Part shown: one piece after another, positions 45,955 through 55,344 of the stretch | Layout of the letters: the number at the start of each line of letters is the position of its first letter | Numbering within the stretch: the stretch's first letter is position 1 | Assembly: GCA_965206165.1 (NCBI GenBank) | Contig: OZ242194.1 | Coordinates: 3,586,719 to 3,650,718, forward strand | Direction of reading: 5' to 3' | From: Acidimicrobiales bacterium | Lineage (GTDB): Bacteria; Actinomycetota; Acidimicrobiia; Acidimicrobiales; CATQHL01 | DNA length: 64,000 nt | Position numbers and translations under genes: made by a program | Notes under the pieces: model-generated | What the model saw: the letters and a program-made list of their open reading frames with translations, nothing else | Database searches by the model: none | What the model was told of the DNA's origin: nothing

Positions 45955-48900
45955 GTGCGATCCTCCGATTCGTGCTCCACCTGATCGTCAGAAGGTGGCC
46001 CGCCGGCCAGGCGTCGGTTCTCCTCGATGGGCAATAGCTCCCTCGCCCCCACCCGGAGCCAACCGATCATCTCGGGGCTCTGGGCCTTGCGGAGGGCTTG
46101 TGCCGCAAGCTCGCCTGCCCGGTGCCGATCGGCGTCGCAGTAGTCGCAGTGCGACGGGTGGCCCCGCGGGCGCGGGTAGGCGGGGAAGACACCGCCGGCG
46201 ATCCCGTCGCAGATACTCGCCAGCGTCCACTGCGTCTCGGCTTCGACCGATTCGTCCAGCGGCAGCGGCAACCAGCGGAAGTCTTCGCTTGCCGTCACGA
46301 ACCAGTACCCGGCGATCACATCGGCCGCCGCGCCGGCCATCAGCCGCGCCGCCTGGGCGTACAGCGGGAGTTGCAGCCGCGGCAGGGCCTCACGCTTCGG
46401 ACCACCCTTGCGGCCCGCCCCCGCATAGATCGCCCACGGTGCCTCGCCGAGCCGCTGGTAGAGGTTGCTGCGGCCCGTCTTGTAGTCGATCACCACGAGG
46501 ACGCCCCTCTCGGTCATGTCGATGCGATCGACCGCGCCGCGCAGGCGGATCGTGCGGCCGTCGCCCAACGGGATCTCCACCGGAGGCAGGGATTCCTCCT
46601 CGCGCCGCCGGGGCGGCATGCCGAAGCCCTTCTCGCTCGCCCACGGCACGCTGCGCCCGGTGCGGCGCCATTCCTCCTCGACGTCGAGGAATGCCAGCAA
46701 CTCGCGGCGGATCCTGCTGCGCTCGGGCTCCCAGAAGATCCGCTGACCGACGCGCCCCTGCCCCTCGCGCTCGGCGAACGCCTCCTCGGCGATCTCGGCG
46801 AAGCGGCGGCGCTCGTCGATCCCCCAGCCGTGCAGCGGATCCGGCGCACCAACCGCCAGGATCTGGCTTAAGAACCGGTCCAGAATCGTGTGGACGAGAT
46901 CACCGCGCTCCAGCGGCGAGATCCGCAATTCCCGTTCTGGTTGATCCACGGGCTCGACGCCGAGCATGTAGCGCATGAAGTAGCCATGAGGGCAGGTCGC
47001 CCACGCCTCCAGCTGCGTGGCCGAGACGGCCGGCCCGCCGCCCGCCGGGTCGGCGATGTCGCACCCTGCGAGGTTCCCGTCGAAGCGCGTGAAAGCGGTG
47101 CTTCGCCGCTCGGTCAGCATCGTCACTGCAGGCTCGAGCGGCTCGCCGGAGGCGGCGAGCCGATGCTCGCCCAGCGAGCCCCCGTTGTCGCGGTGATCGA
47201 GCAGCAGGCGAAGGTCGTACTCCTGGAACGTCGGCGGGAACGCGCACGCCCGGAGGGCGGCGGTGGGCGAGGGCACGTCGCTGAAGATGCCGTCGGGCAG
47301 CTTCGCCAGGTCCCCGGCACCGAGGAGCAAGTCCGACCCGTCGGCGCCGGCGGCCTGTAGCCCGTGTGCCGACGCCAGCAGCCACCGTGACGGCAGCCGG
47401 TCCGCGGTGCGGCGCAGGTCGCCGCGCGGGTAGACGAGCGTGCGCTCGCCCGACGCCCCAGCCAGCGCAGCCAGGAACCTGCGGCGATCGTCGGCCAGGC
47501 GAGCCGGAGGCGAGAGCAACGCATCGGGAACAGCGGCCCGCTCGGTCTCACTGAGCAGGGTTTCCTCGACCGCTTGGCCGGGGAACACGCCCTCTGCCAT
47601 CCCGAGCACCCAGACGCACTCCAGGTCCACGCCGAGCGCCGAGCCGACCGGTCCGGTCAGCAGACCGTGACCCGTGCGTCCCTGCCGACCCCTGCTAGTC
47701 GCGAGTTCGGCCTCCAAGGCGCGGCGGAATCGCGGCAGATCGGGCCGGGGGTCGACGCGATCCAGGCCGCCGAGACGCTCGAGGGAGGCCTCGACGCGCT
47801 CTGCGGCAGCGCGCTCGTGCGGCGGCCAATTGCCCTGGCGCCACTCGGCGCCGCCCACGAGGTCCCGGACCGATCTCTCAGCCCACCCGGCGAGCCTCCG
47901 CCACGACCTCAGCGCGCTCGCCGCCTCGCCACGAGCCAGAACGTCGGTCATGAACAGGCGCAGACTGTCGGCGGTGGCGAGGTCGCGCTCAATGTGGGCG
48001 CGCCGCCAGTCGCTGTCCTCGCCGAGCCGGTCCATCTCGGACCGCCGGTTGGCGCAGTAGTCCCCGAGCCGCCGACTCCACTCCCCGGCTCCGTCGATCA
48101 CCCCGGCGCGGCGGCTGATCCGCTCCCAGGCCGCCACAGGCACCGGGCGCCAACGCCCGTCCCCCCCGACCTCCAGCATCGAGCGGACCGGTGCCCCCGC
48201 CAACCAGGCCATGACGTCTTGGCGCCTGTAGCGGCGTGCGGGCAGGCCGAGCAACTCCAGCAGGAACCGGCCGAGCACGCTCTCGGTCAGCGGACGCGTC
48301 GACGGACCGCTGAAGGGCAACCCCGCCGCCTGCAACTGGTCCGCCAGCAGGCGGGCATAGGGATCGTTGCGCCCGTACAGCACCGCCATCCGCTCCAGCG
48401 GCACCCCGCGGCGCATCGCCTCGACCACCCGCCGCAGCGCGGTGCGCACCTCCTCGTCGGCATCGGGCACGGCGACGATGCGGGTCGGCGCGGGCGCCGG
48501 GACAGCGGCAGGCTGCCAGGCTGCGGGACCGGCAAGGCGGCGCACGCCGGCCGCCACCGGGGCGTCGGCATCGGTGTCGTCGCAGCTGCCGGCCAGGACT
48601 GTGAACCCACCGGCGGCCGAGGTCAACGCAACCAGCAGGTCGAGCGCCGCCGAGCTCAACCGCTGCGGCAGGTACAGCACAACCCGGCCCAACCCGGCGA
48701 CGTCGACCGCCCCGGGTGAGTCACCCTGCGCCTCCGCCGAGCCGACGGCCGGACCAATCGCCCCGCGCGACAGTCCCTCGTGCGAGTCCGTCGGGTCCGC
48801 CGACTCCGGGGCCACAGATTGCTTCCCAACACCAAGCAGCCGCCGGGCCTCGGTCAGCAGATCGCGTTCGTCGTGGAAGCCGCCGGCCGCCAGCCGCCGC

Positions 48901-49367
48901 TGCACCTGCCGACTGATGGCCACGACATCGGCGGCCCGTGCCGAGGACTTCGCCAGCGCGCCCAGCTCGCGCTCGTTGAGATCTCGCAATGTGCGATGCG
49001 CATCGAGGAGGGCGCGCTCGGTGGCGAGGTGGTCGCGCACCTCCCCGAACACCCCCGCGGCCGGTGTCTGCAGCACCTGCCGCACGGCGGCCGCCAGTAC
49101 CGCCGCCGAGGCGGGTCTCCGGCCCTGCGCCGCCAGCGACTCGCCGGCCAGCCGTTCGGCGAGTTCCCGCAGCGTGAGGCAGTCCACCCCGATGAGCCGC
49201 CGCCGGGCCAGCGCCCGGCGCGTCGCCATGGCCAGACGGTGCTCGCCCACCACGACGGTCACCGGCGCCAGGAAGTGCCCCGCCGCCCGGCGCGCGCCTT
49301 CCACCACCTCGCACAGCGCCTCGAACGCCGGCGCCCCGTACGGCGTCACCCGGACCGCAGCAGTCAC
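45951..49367 (-). CDS. Helicase-nuclease partner subunit (AddB/AdnA-like) with a PD-(D/E)XK nuclease domain
   Basis: ORF 45951-49484; a GTG at 49367 (VTAAVRVTPYGAP) is a plausible start. Nuclease motif RGAVDRIDM...VVIDYKTG. Cys residues flank it (TCPHG, SICDG, HCDYCD). I see no GKT/GKS Walker A. Confidence 0.75.
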   Translation of the reverse strand: MTAAVRVTPYGAPAFEALCEVVEGARRAAGHFLAPVTVVVGEHRLAMATRRALARRRLIGVDCLTLRELAERLAGESLAAQGRRPASAAVLAAAVRQVLQTPAAGVFGEVRDHLATERALLDAHRTLRDLNERELGALAKSSARAADVVAISRQVQRRLAAGGFHDERDLLTEARRLLGVGKQSVAPESADPTDSHEGLSRGAIGPAVGSAEAQGDSPGAVDVAGLGRVVLYLPQRLSSAALDLLVALTSAAGGFTVLAGSCDDTDADAPVAAGVRRLAGPAAWQPAAVPAPAPTRIVAVPDADEEVRTALRRVVEAMRRGVPLERMAVLYGRNDPYARLLADQLQAAGLPFSGPSTRPLTESVLGRFLLELLGLPARRYRRQDVMAWLAGAPVRSMLEVGGDGRWRPVPVAAWERISRRAGVIDGAGEWSRRLGDYCANRRSEMDRLGEDSDWRRAHIERDLATADSLRLFMTDVLARGEAASALRSWRRLAGWAERSVRDLVGGAEWRQGNWPPHERAAAERVEASLERLGGLDRVDPRPDLPRFRRALEAELATSRGRQGRTGHGLLTGPVGSALGVDLECVWVLGMAEGVFPGQAVEETLLSETERAAVPDALLSPPARLADDRRRFLAALAGASGERTLVYPRGDLRRTADRLPSRWLLASAHGLQAAGADGSDLLLGAGDLAKLPDGIFSDVPSPTAALRACAFPPTFQEYDLRLLLDHRDNGGSLGEHRLAASGEPLEPAVTMLTERRSTAFTRFDGNLAGCDIADPAGGGPAVSATQLEAWATCPHGYFMRYMLGVEPVDQPERELRISPLERGDLVHTILDRFLSQILAVGAPDPLHGWGIDERRRFAEIAEEAFAEREGQGRVGQRIFWEPERSRIRRELLAFLDVEEEWRRTGRSVPWASEKGFGMPPRRREEESLPPVEIPLGDGRTIRLRGAVDRIDMTERGVLVVIDYKTGRSNLYQRLGEAPWAIYAGAGRKGGPKREALPRLQLPLYAQAARLMAGAAADVIAGYWFVTASEDFRWLPLPLDESVEAETQWTLASICDGIAGGVFPAYPRPRGHPSHCDYCDADRHRAGELAAQALRKAQSPEMIGWLRVGARELLPIEENRRLAGGPPSDDQVEHESEDRT

Positions 49368-49534
49368 GCCCGCAACTGTAGGGACACCCTGTGACAGCCC
49401 CCGCCGCGAGCGACAACTACCGTCCAGCGAGTGAACTGTCGAGAAGACGACGGCGCCGTCCCCCCGCCCGAGGCGGCAGCCCATCAGACCGAGCGGCCCG
49501 AAGGCCGACCCCGATCCAACCAGGACCAGCGCCC

Positions 49535-50845
49535 GTGAGCACCCCCAACGCTGACGCCGTCGTCATCGGTGCCGGTGTGATCGGTGCGGGCGTCGCCTAC
49601 GAACTCGCTCGGCGCGGCCTGGCGACGGTCAGCGTCGAGCGGCTGCCCGGTCCCGGCCAGGGCTCCACGAGCGCGTCGAGTGCGGTCATCCGCTTCAACT
49701 ACTCCACGAGGGCCGGGGTTGCCATGTCCGTCGAGGGGCTGCACTACTGGCTCCGTTGGCCGGAGCACGTCGGCGCGGCGGGCGGGACGCCGGTGGCGCA
49801 GTTCGTACAGTGCGGGATGCTGCTACTCAAGGTCCCGGGATCCAACCACGAACGGGCCGTCGGGCACTTCGACGCCTTGGGAGTGGCCTACGAGGACCTC
49901 GACCGCCACGAGTTGGAGCGGCGGTTCCCGTACCTCGATGCCCGCCGGTTCGGCCCCCCGACCCGCATGGACGACGACCGCTTCTGGGCCGAGCCTGCCG
50001 GGTTCATCGACGGCGCCATCTGGATGCCCGAGGGGGGCTACGTGACCGACCCGATGCTGGCGGCACGGAACCTGGCCGATGCGGCGACCGCGGCCGGAGG
50101 GACGTTCCTCTACGGCAGGACCGTCGCCGGTCTGCTCCGGGCGGGCAACCGGGTTGCGGGCGTCGCTCTCGACGACGGGACGGAGGTGCGCGCCCCCATC
50201 GTCGTGAACGTGGCGGGTCCCCACTCCTCGATCATCAACCACATGGCGGGTCTCGAAAGCAGTGCGACGATCTCCACGCGACCGATGCGTCGTGAGGTGT
50301 ACGTGGTCCCCGCACCGGACCGACTGGACTTCGACGTTGCCGGTTGCGTCATGGGTGATCTCGACTGCGGGTTCTACCTCCGCCCCGAGCGCCCCAACAA
50401 CATCCTGATCGGCAGCGTCGAGCCCGCCTGCGATGAACTCGGTTGGGTCGACGATCCGGACGCCGTGTCGTTGACGACCACCCGCGACGAGTTCGAGACA
50501 CACGTGCTGCGGGGCGCCCGGCGGATCCGCAACCTCGGCCTGCCGCACGAGCACCGGGGAACCGTCGGCGTCTACGACGTCACCGAAGACTGGCTGCCGA
50601 TCTACGACCGCACCGATCTCGGCGGCTTCTACGTGGCGATCGGCACCAGCGGAAACCAGTTCAAGAACGCCGCCATCGCCGCCCACTGCATGGCCGAACT
50701 GATCGTCGAGGTCGAAGGCGGCCGGGACCACGACGTCGACCCCCTGACCGTCGAGGGTCCCCACCTCGGCCTGCCGATCGACCTCGCCACCTTCAGCCGC
50801 AACCGCCCCCTCGACAGCAACGCCCCGGTCAACGTCCTGGGTTAG
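49535..50845 (+). CDS. FAD-dependent oxidoreductase (DAO / sarcosine-oxidase-beta-like)
   Basis: C-terminal 436 aa of ORF 49391-50845, from the GTG at 49535: VSTPNADAVVIGAGVIGAGVAYELARRG (GxGxxG dinucleotide fold). Confidence 0.8.
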   Translation: MSTPNADAVVIGAGVIGAGVAYELARRGLATVSVERLPGPGQGSTSASSAVIRFNYSTRAGVAMSVEGLHYWLRWPEHVGAAGGTPVAQFVQCGMLLLKVPGSNHERAVGHFDALGVAYEDLDRHELERRFPYLDARRFGPPTRMDDDRFWAEPAGFIDGAIWMPEGGYVTDPMLAARNLADAATAAGGTFLYGRTVAGLLRAGNRVAGVALDDGTEVRAPIVVNVAGPHSSIINHMAGLESSATISTRPMRREVYVVPAPDRLDFDVAGCVMGDLDCGFYLRPERPNNILIGSVEPACDELGWVDDPDAVSLTTTRDEFETHVLRGARRIRNLGLPHEHRGTVGVYDVTEDWLPIYDRTDLGGFYVAIGTSGNQFKNAAIAAHCMAELIVEVEGGRDHDVDPLTVEGPHLGLPIDLATFSRNRPLDSNAPVNVLG

Positions 50846-50921
50846 GAGCCGGATCGCCGACCAGACCAGTCTTGTTAGCTGCCCGCTGCGACGGTGAACG
50901 GCGCGAGCCTTCGAGCCCCCC

Positions 50922-51683
50922 TCACCGGGCGCCGAGAAAGGCTTTGCGGACCTTCGGGTCGGCAAGGAGCGTGGCCGCACGACCCTGGTGGGTGATGCGG
51001 CCCATCTCGATGACGTAGCCGCGGTGGCTGGCCTCGAGGCCCTGGCGGGCGTTCTGCTCGATCATCAGGACTGTGAGTCCGATCTCCCGGTTGAGGCGGC
51101 GGATGGCGGCGAAGATCTGGCGGGTGATGATGGGCGCCAAGCCGGCCGACGGCTCGTCCATCAGCACGAGACGGGACTCGTACATGAGCGAGCGGCCGAT
51201 CTCGAGCATGCGCTGCTCGCCGCCTGACATCGTGCCGGCGGCCTGACGGGAGCGCTCGGCGAGGCGGGGAAACAGGCCGTACACGTAGTCGATGCGCTCG
51301 CGCACCCGTGCCTTGTCTCGCTCGGTGACCATGCCCATCTCGAGGTTCTCATGAACCGTCATCTGCGCGAACACGCTGCGCAGCTGCGGCACGATGGTGA
51401 TTCCGGCGATCCGCAGGGCGTCCTGCGGGGCGATGTTGGTGATGTCGCGCCCCTCGCAGAGCACCCGACCTGAGCGCACCGGCACCAGGCCGTACACCGC
51501 CTTGAACACCGTCGACTTGCCCGCCCCGTTGGGGCCGATCACGCAGACGATCTCCCCGCGATGCACCTCGAGGTCGACACCGGTGAGGATGTCCTGGCTG
51601 GCGAAGTAGCCCGCGCGCACGTCCTGCACCTCCAGCAGCGGCCGGCCAGTCGAGGCGGTCGAGGGTTCCGGGCGGCCCGTCAC
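50922..51683 (-). CDS. livF: Branched-chain amino acid ABC transporter ATP-binding protein (LivF-type), apparently intact
   Basis: 253-aa ORF with Walker A GPNGAGKST, MSGGEQRMLEIGR and LVLMDEPSAGLAP. Confidence 0.85.
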   Translation of the reverse strand: MTGRPEPSTASTGRPLLEVQDVRAGYFASQDILTGVDLEVHRGEIVCVIGPNGAGKSTVFKAVYGLVPVRSGRVLCEGRDITNIAPQDALRIAGITIVPQLRSVFAQMTVHENLEMGMVTERDKARVRERIDYVYGLFPRLAERSRQAAGTMSGGEQRMLEIGRSLMYESRLVLMDEPSAGLAPIITRQIFAAIRRLNREIGLTVLMIEQNARQGLEASHRGYVIEMGRITHQGRAATLLADPKVRKAFLGAR

Positions 51684-51761
51684 CGGGTGACCTCCTCGCC
51701 ACGGCTGCGGGACCCGCCGACCGCATCACGAGCCCCCCCGAGCCGCGACCGGATCCGCCGA

Positions 51762-52429
51762 TCACGGTGTGCCCTCCCGGGGGACCCCGGAATCGCCCTG
51801 CGTTCCAGCATCGCCGGGATCGCCGAAGTCGGCCTCGATCACGGCCGGGGTCTCCATGATCTCGCCAGGCGTACCGTCGGCCAGCACGGCACCCTGGTCG
51901 AGCACGACGACGCGCTCGCAGAGGTCGGCCACGAACTGCACGTTGTGCTCGACCAGCAGGAACGCCAACCCGCGGTCGATGTTGACCGCTCGCAGCCGAT
52001 CTGCGATATCGGCTACCAACGTCGGGTTGACGCCGGAGGTGGCCTCGTCGAGCAGCACCAGCCGCGGCTCGCTCATCAGCGACATACCGATCTCCAGCAG
52101 GCGGCGCTGGCCGCAGGAGAGGTTGCCCGCCCGCTCGTGGCGCAGCCGCCCCAGGAGCAGGAAGTCCAGCAACTCGTCGGCACGGCGGCGGGTGGCGGCG
52201 TCGGTGCGGGCGAAAAGCGCCGGTACCCCCAGCAGCCCCCACTGGATGCTGAGGTGCATGTTCTCCGCCACAGACAGCTCGCGGTACACGCGGATGAGTT
52301 GGAACGTGCGCGACATCCCGAGTCGGGCCACGTCGTGGGGGCGGCGCCGACGCTGATGTCGACATCGTCCACGGCGGTCAGCCCGCCGAACCGCTTGACC
52401 ACGCCGCGGGCCTCCAGCAGCGCCCTCAC
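51762..52429 (-). pseudogene. livG: LivG-type ABC ATPase gene with an internal deletion that removes Walker A and shifts the frame
   Basis: From the GTG at 52429 (GTGA overlap with livM) the frame gives VRALLEARGVVKRFGGLTAVDDVDISVG, then nonsense. The livG-like sequence resumes in another frame (ORF 51762-52469) at DVARLGMSRTFQLIRVY. About 40 expected residues containing GxxGxGKT are absent (junction near 52333-52345). Confidence 0.7.
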
Positions 52430-53346
52430 GACGGAGCCTCCGCTGCCCGCCCGCGGCGCCACCGGCCACCCAGCCCCCACAGCTCCGCCAGGGTCGTGCC
52501 CTTCCGGTCGACCAGCCCCACCAAGCCCCGCGGCACGAACAGCACGATCGAGATCAGCAGCACTCCCTGCGCCAGCAGGTGATAGTCGAGCAGGTGCGTC
52601 CACAGCACCTCGCGCAGCCAGTACAGCGCCGCGGCGCCGAGGATCGGACCGGCAACGGTGCCCAGGCCGCCCAGCATCGTGCCCATGACGGCGTCGATCG
52701 TGCGCACCTCGACGAAGGCGATGTCGGGGTCCACGAACGTGTTCTGGTAGGCCCACAGCGCGCCGAAGAGACCCGTCGAGAGCCCGGCGAAGCTGAAGAT
52801 CGCCGTCTTGAGGAGCGTCGTGTCGATGCCGCGCGTCTCCGCGCCGATCTCGTCCTCGCGGATCGCCACCAGCGCGGCGCCGAAACGAGTGCCCCGCAGC
52901 CACCAGGTGAACATCACCAGCATGGCGATGGAGAAGTACGGCCCCTTGAGGCGCATGGTGGCCCGGCCGATGGCCGCCGCCAGCAGGCCGGCCACCAGAG
53001 CCCCGATCACGATGGCGGGCACGGGCGGCCAACCCACCTGCGGCCCGTTGCTCTGCGGCGACATCAGAATGGCTGTCGTGTAGGCGCCGATGCCGAACCA
53101 GACGGCGTGGCCGAAGTCCACGTAGCCACAGAAACCGCCGGTGAGGTTCCAGTTGATCGCCACACCGATGCTGGTGAGCATCAGGGTCAGCGTCAGCAGC
53201 GTGGCGTTGGAAGTGCCCGACCGCAGAGGCAGAACGGCGAGCACGACCAGCGCCGCCAACGCGGCCAGGCTGGCGGCCCGGCTCGGCAGCCGCTCGCGGC
53301 CCCCCGGCTCCGCCACGTCGCTCACCACCGACTCCTCACGTGCCAT
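52426..53346 (-). CDS. livM: LivM-type ABC permease; open frame but probably carrying an in-frame internal deletion
   Basis: 306-aa ORF. It reads RLKGPYFSIAMLVMFTWWLRGTRFGAALVAIREDEIGAE. Family members I recall have roughly 55-90 residues between these blocks (the GG.nG loop plus a TM helix); here there are about 6. Confidence 0.6.
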   Translation of the reverse strand: MAREESVVSDVAEPGGRERLPSRAASLAALAALVVLAVLPLRSGTSNATLLTLTLMLTSIGVAINWNLTGGFCGYVDFGHAVWFGIGAYTTAILMSPQSNGPQVGWPPVPAIVIGALVAGLLAAAIGRATMRLKGPYFSIAMLVMFTWWLRGTRFGAALVAIREDEIGAETRGIDTTLLKTAIFSFAGLSTGLFGALWAYQNTFVDPDIAFVEVRTIDAVMGTMLGGLGTVAGPILGAAALYWLREVLWTHLLDYHLLAQGVLLISIVLFVPRGLVGLVDRKGTTLAELWGLGGRWRRGRAAEAPS

Positions 53347-53394
53347 CGGCCCAGCCCGCCCCTGGCTACAACCACGTCGCTCCGACTCCTGGTC

Positions 53395-54041
53395 TCACGT
53401 GCTCGTGGCGTCCACGTGACGCAGGCCCTTGAAGATGCCCTGCGGCCGCAGCACCAGTGCGGCCACGAGCAGCACGAACGAGGCCACGACGGCCAGGTTC
53501 GTGCCGATGCGGTCGACGTACAGCGCCAGCACCGCCTCCACCAGGCCGAGCACCATGGCACCGCCGAGGGCGCCACGCACCGACCCGAGCCCCGCCATGG
53601 CGGTGATGGCGAAGACCTTGAGCGTCAGCGGCGGGCCCTGGAACGGCTGCACCGCCAGCAGCGGGCTGACCAGCGCTCCGGCCACGCCGGTGAGCCCGAT
53701 GCAGAGGGCGAACGTGACGGCGTAGACCTTCGGGATGTCGACGCCCACGATCCGCGCCGCCTCACCAGCGAGGATCGGCCGATGACGTTCACGAGCAGCC
53801 TCTGCGTCACGTAGCCGAACGCCACCATCACCACGAACACCGCCGGCGCCGAGACGAACGGGTCGACATCCCAGACGTCGTTGGCGACCCAAGCGAGATA
53901 GGCCCCGACCATCACGAACTCGCCGTGGGCGAGGTTGATGACACCCATCACACCCCAGATGACCGAGAAACCCAGGACCAGGATCGTGTACATGCCCCCG
54001 AGAGCGACGCCGTTGATCAGCGCCTGAGCGAAATAGCTCAC
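53395..54041 (-). pseudogene. livH: LivH-type ABC permease gene with an internal out-of-frame deletion
   Basis: The N-terminal part is in ORF 53625-54041 (MSYFAQALINGVALGGMYTILVLGF...QRLLVNV). The C-terminal part is in a different frame, in ORF 53395-53892 (ILAGEAARIVGVDIPKVYAVTFALCIGLTGVAG...LRPQGIF). The junction is near 53775-53790. About 100 central residues are missing. Confidence 0.7.
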
Positions 54042-54071
54042 GGTGACTGCCCCACGCCGTCGAACATCCGC

Positions 54072-55325
54072 TCAGTCACGCGGGTAGACGAGGCCGGCCA
54101 CGGCCGCGGCATCGGGGGCCACGACACGGACCTCGCCGGCCTGCACCTGGATCGTGCCCATGGGCTTGGCGGTGTTCACGCCGCGCCCGTCGAAGGCGAT
54201 CGGTCCGTAGAACGTGTCGGCCCGCAGCGACCGCAGCGCCTCTCGCACTGCGCCGGTGTCGGTGCTTCCGGCGGCCTCGATGGCGAGGTGCAGGGCCAGT
54301 GCAGCTGCCGTGGCGCTGGCAGCCTGGTACACGGGGGGCTCGCCCCAGAGCCGCTCGTAGTAGGCCGCGTAGTCGGCGGCGCTGCCGAACTACCTGCCCT
54401 GGTAGACCATCGTGGCCTCCCACTGGGTGGGACCCAGCACGCCCTCGACATCGTCGTCGAGCTGCTCGACCAGCCTGGGGTTGGATGGGCCGACCGTGAT
54501 CAGCATGGCATCAGGCTCGAAACCCAACTCATCGGCCGCGTTCACGAACAGCACGGCGTCGTTGTAGTGACCGCCGCCCAGGAACACGTCCGGGTCGAGG
54601 TTGCGGAACTTGGTCATGATCGCCGAGACGTCCTGGATGTCCTTCGGGTACGTCTCGACGGCCAGCAACTCGACACCGTTGGACTCCAGATGGCGTCGCG
54701 CCCCGTTTGCCACCGCCGTGGGGAACGACGTGTCCTCGTGGGCGATCACGGCCGTTCGAGCGCCGCGCGCCGCCAACGCCTCGATGGCCGATTTCGTGTA
54801 GTCGCCGGCGATGGTGGCCACCAGGAACAGATTCTCGAAGCCTCGCTCGAACATGGTGTCGGCGCTGCCGTTTCCCTCCACCATGAGCATGCCGTTGGCC
54901 TCGGCGATGGCGCTGGTGCCGCTGGTGAGGCCGCTGGAATAGGGCCCCAGCAGGAAGTCCACCTCATCGATGTCGATCAGGCGCTGGACCAGGTTGGCGG
55001 CGGTGTCGGCGTCGGACTCGTCGTCGTAGTAGATGATCTCGGCGGCGAAACGATCCTCGCCGATCCGGATGCCGCCGTAGTCCTCGTTCACCCAGCGCAC
55101 CCAGGTGTCGTAGCCCTGGCGCGAGTCCTTGCCCTCGACGGCGAACGTTCCGGTCTCGCTGAGAGCGGCGCCGATGCGGATCGTGCCGTCGAAGCCGCTG
55201 AGGTCGACGGGCCCGGTTCCGCCCCCGCCGGGTGCCGCGATGTCGTCACCGGAGTCGCCCCCACAACCGGCTGTCGCGGTAGCCAGGACGAGGGCAAGCA
55301 CGACCGCCCGAACGAGTCTCCGCAC
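54072..55325 (-). pseudogene. livK: LivK-type substrate-binding lipoprotein gene interrupted by one in-frame TAG
   Basis: ORFs 54390-55325 and 54072-54332 are in the same frame. The read-through is ...GPTQWEATMVYQGR*FGSAADYAAYYERLWGEPPVYQAASATAAA..., with the TAG at 54390-54392. N-terminal lipoprotein signal LATATAGCGG. Confidence 0.75.
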
Positions 55326-55344
55326 GCGTTCCTGCCCTCCTGAG

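Noticed and set aside
54390-54392. In-frame TAG in the livK-like gene as programmed recoding (pyrrolysine or readthrough).
   Set aside because: Neighbouring livH, livM and livG carry independent deletions or frameshifts, so simple pseudogenisation explains it. No pyl genes or recoding signals are visible.
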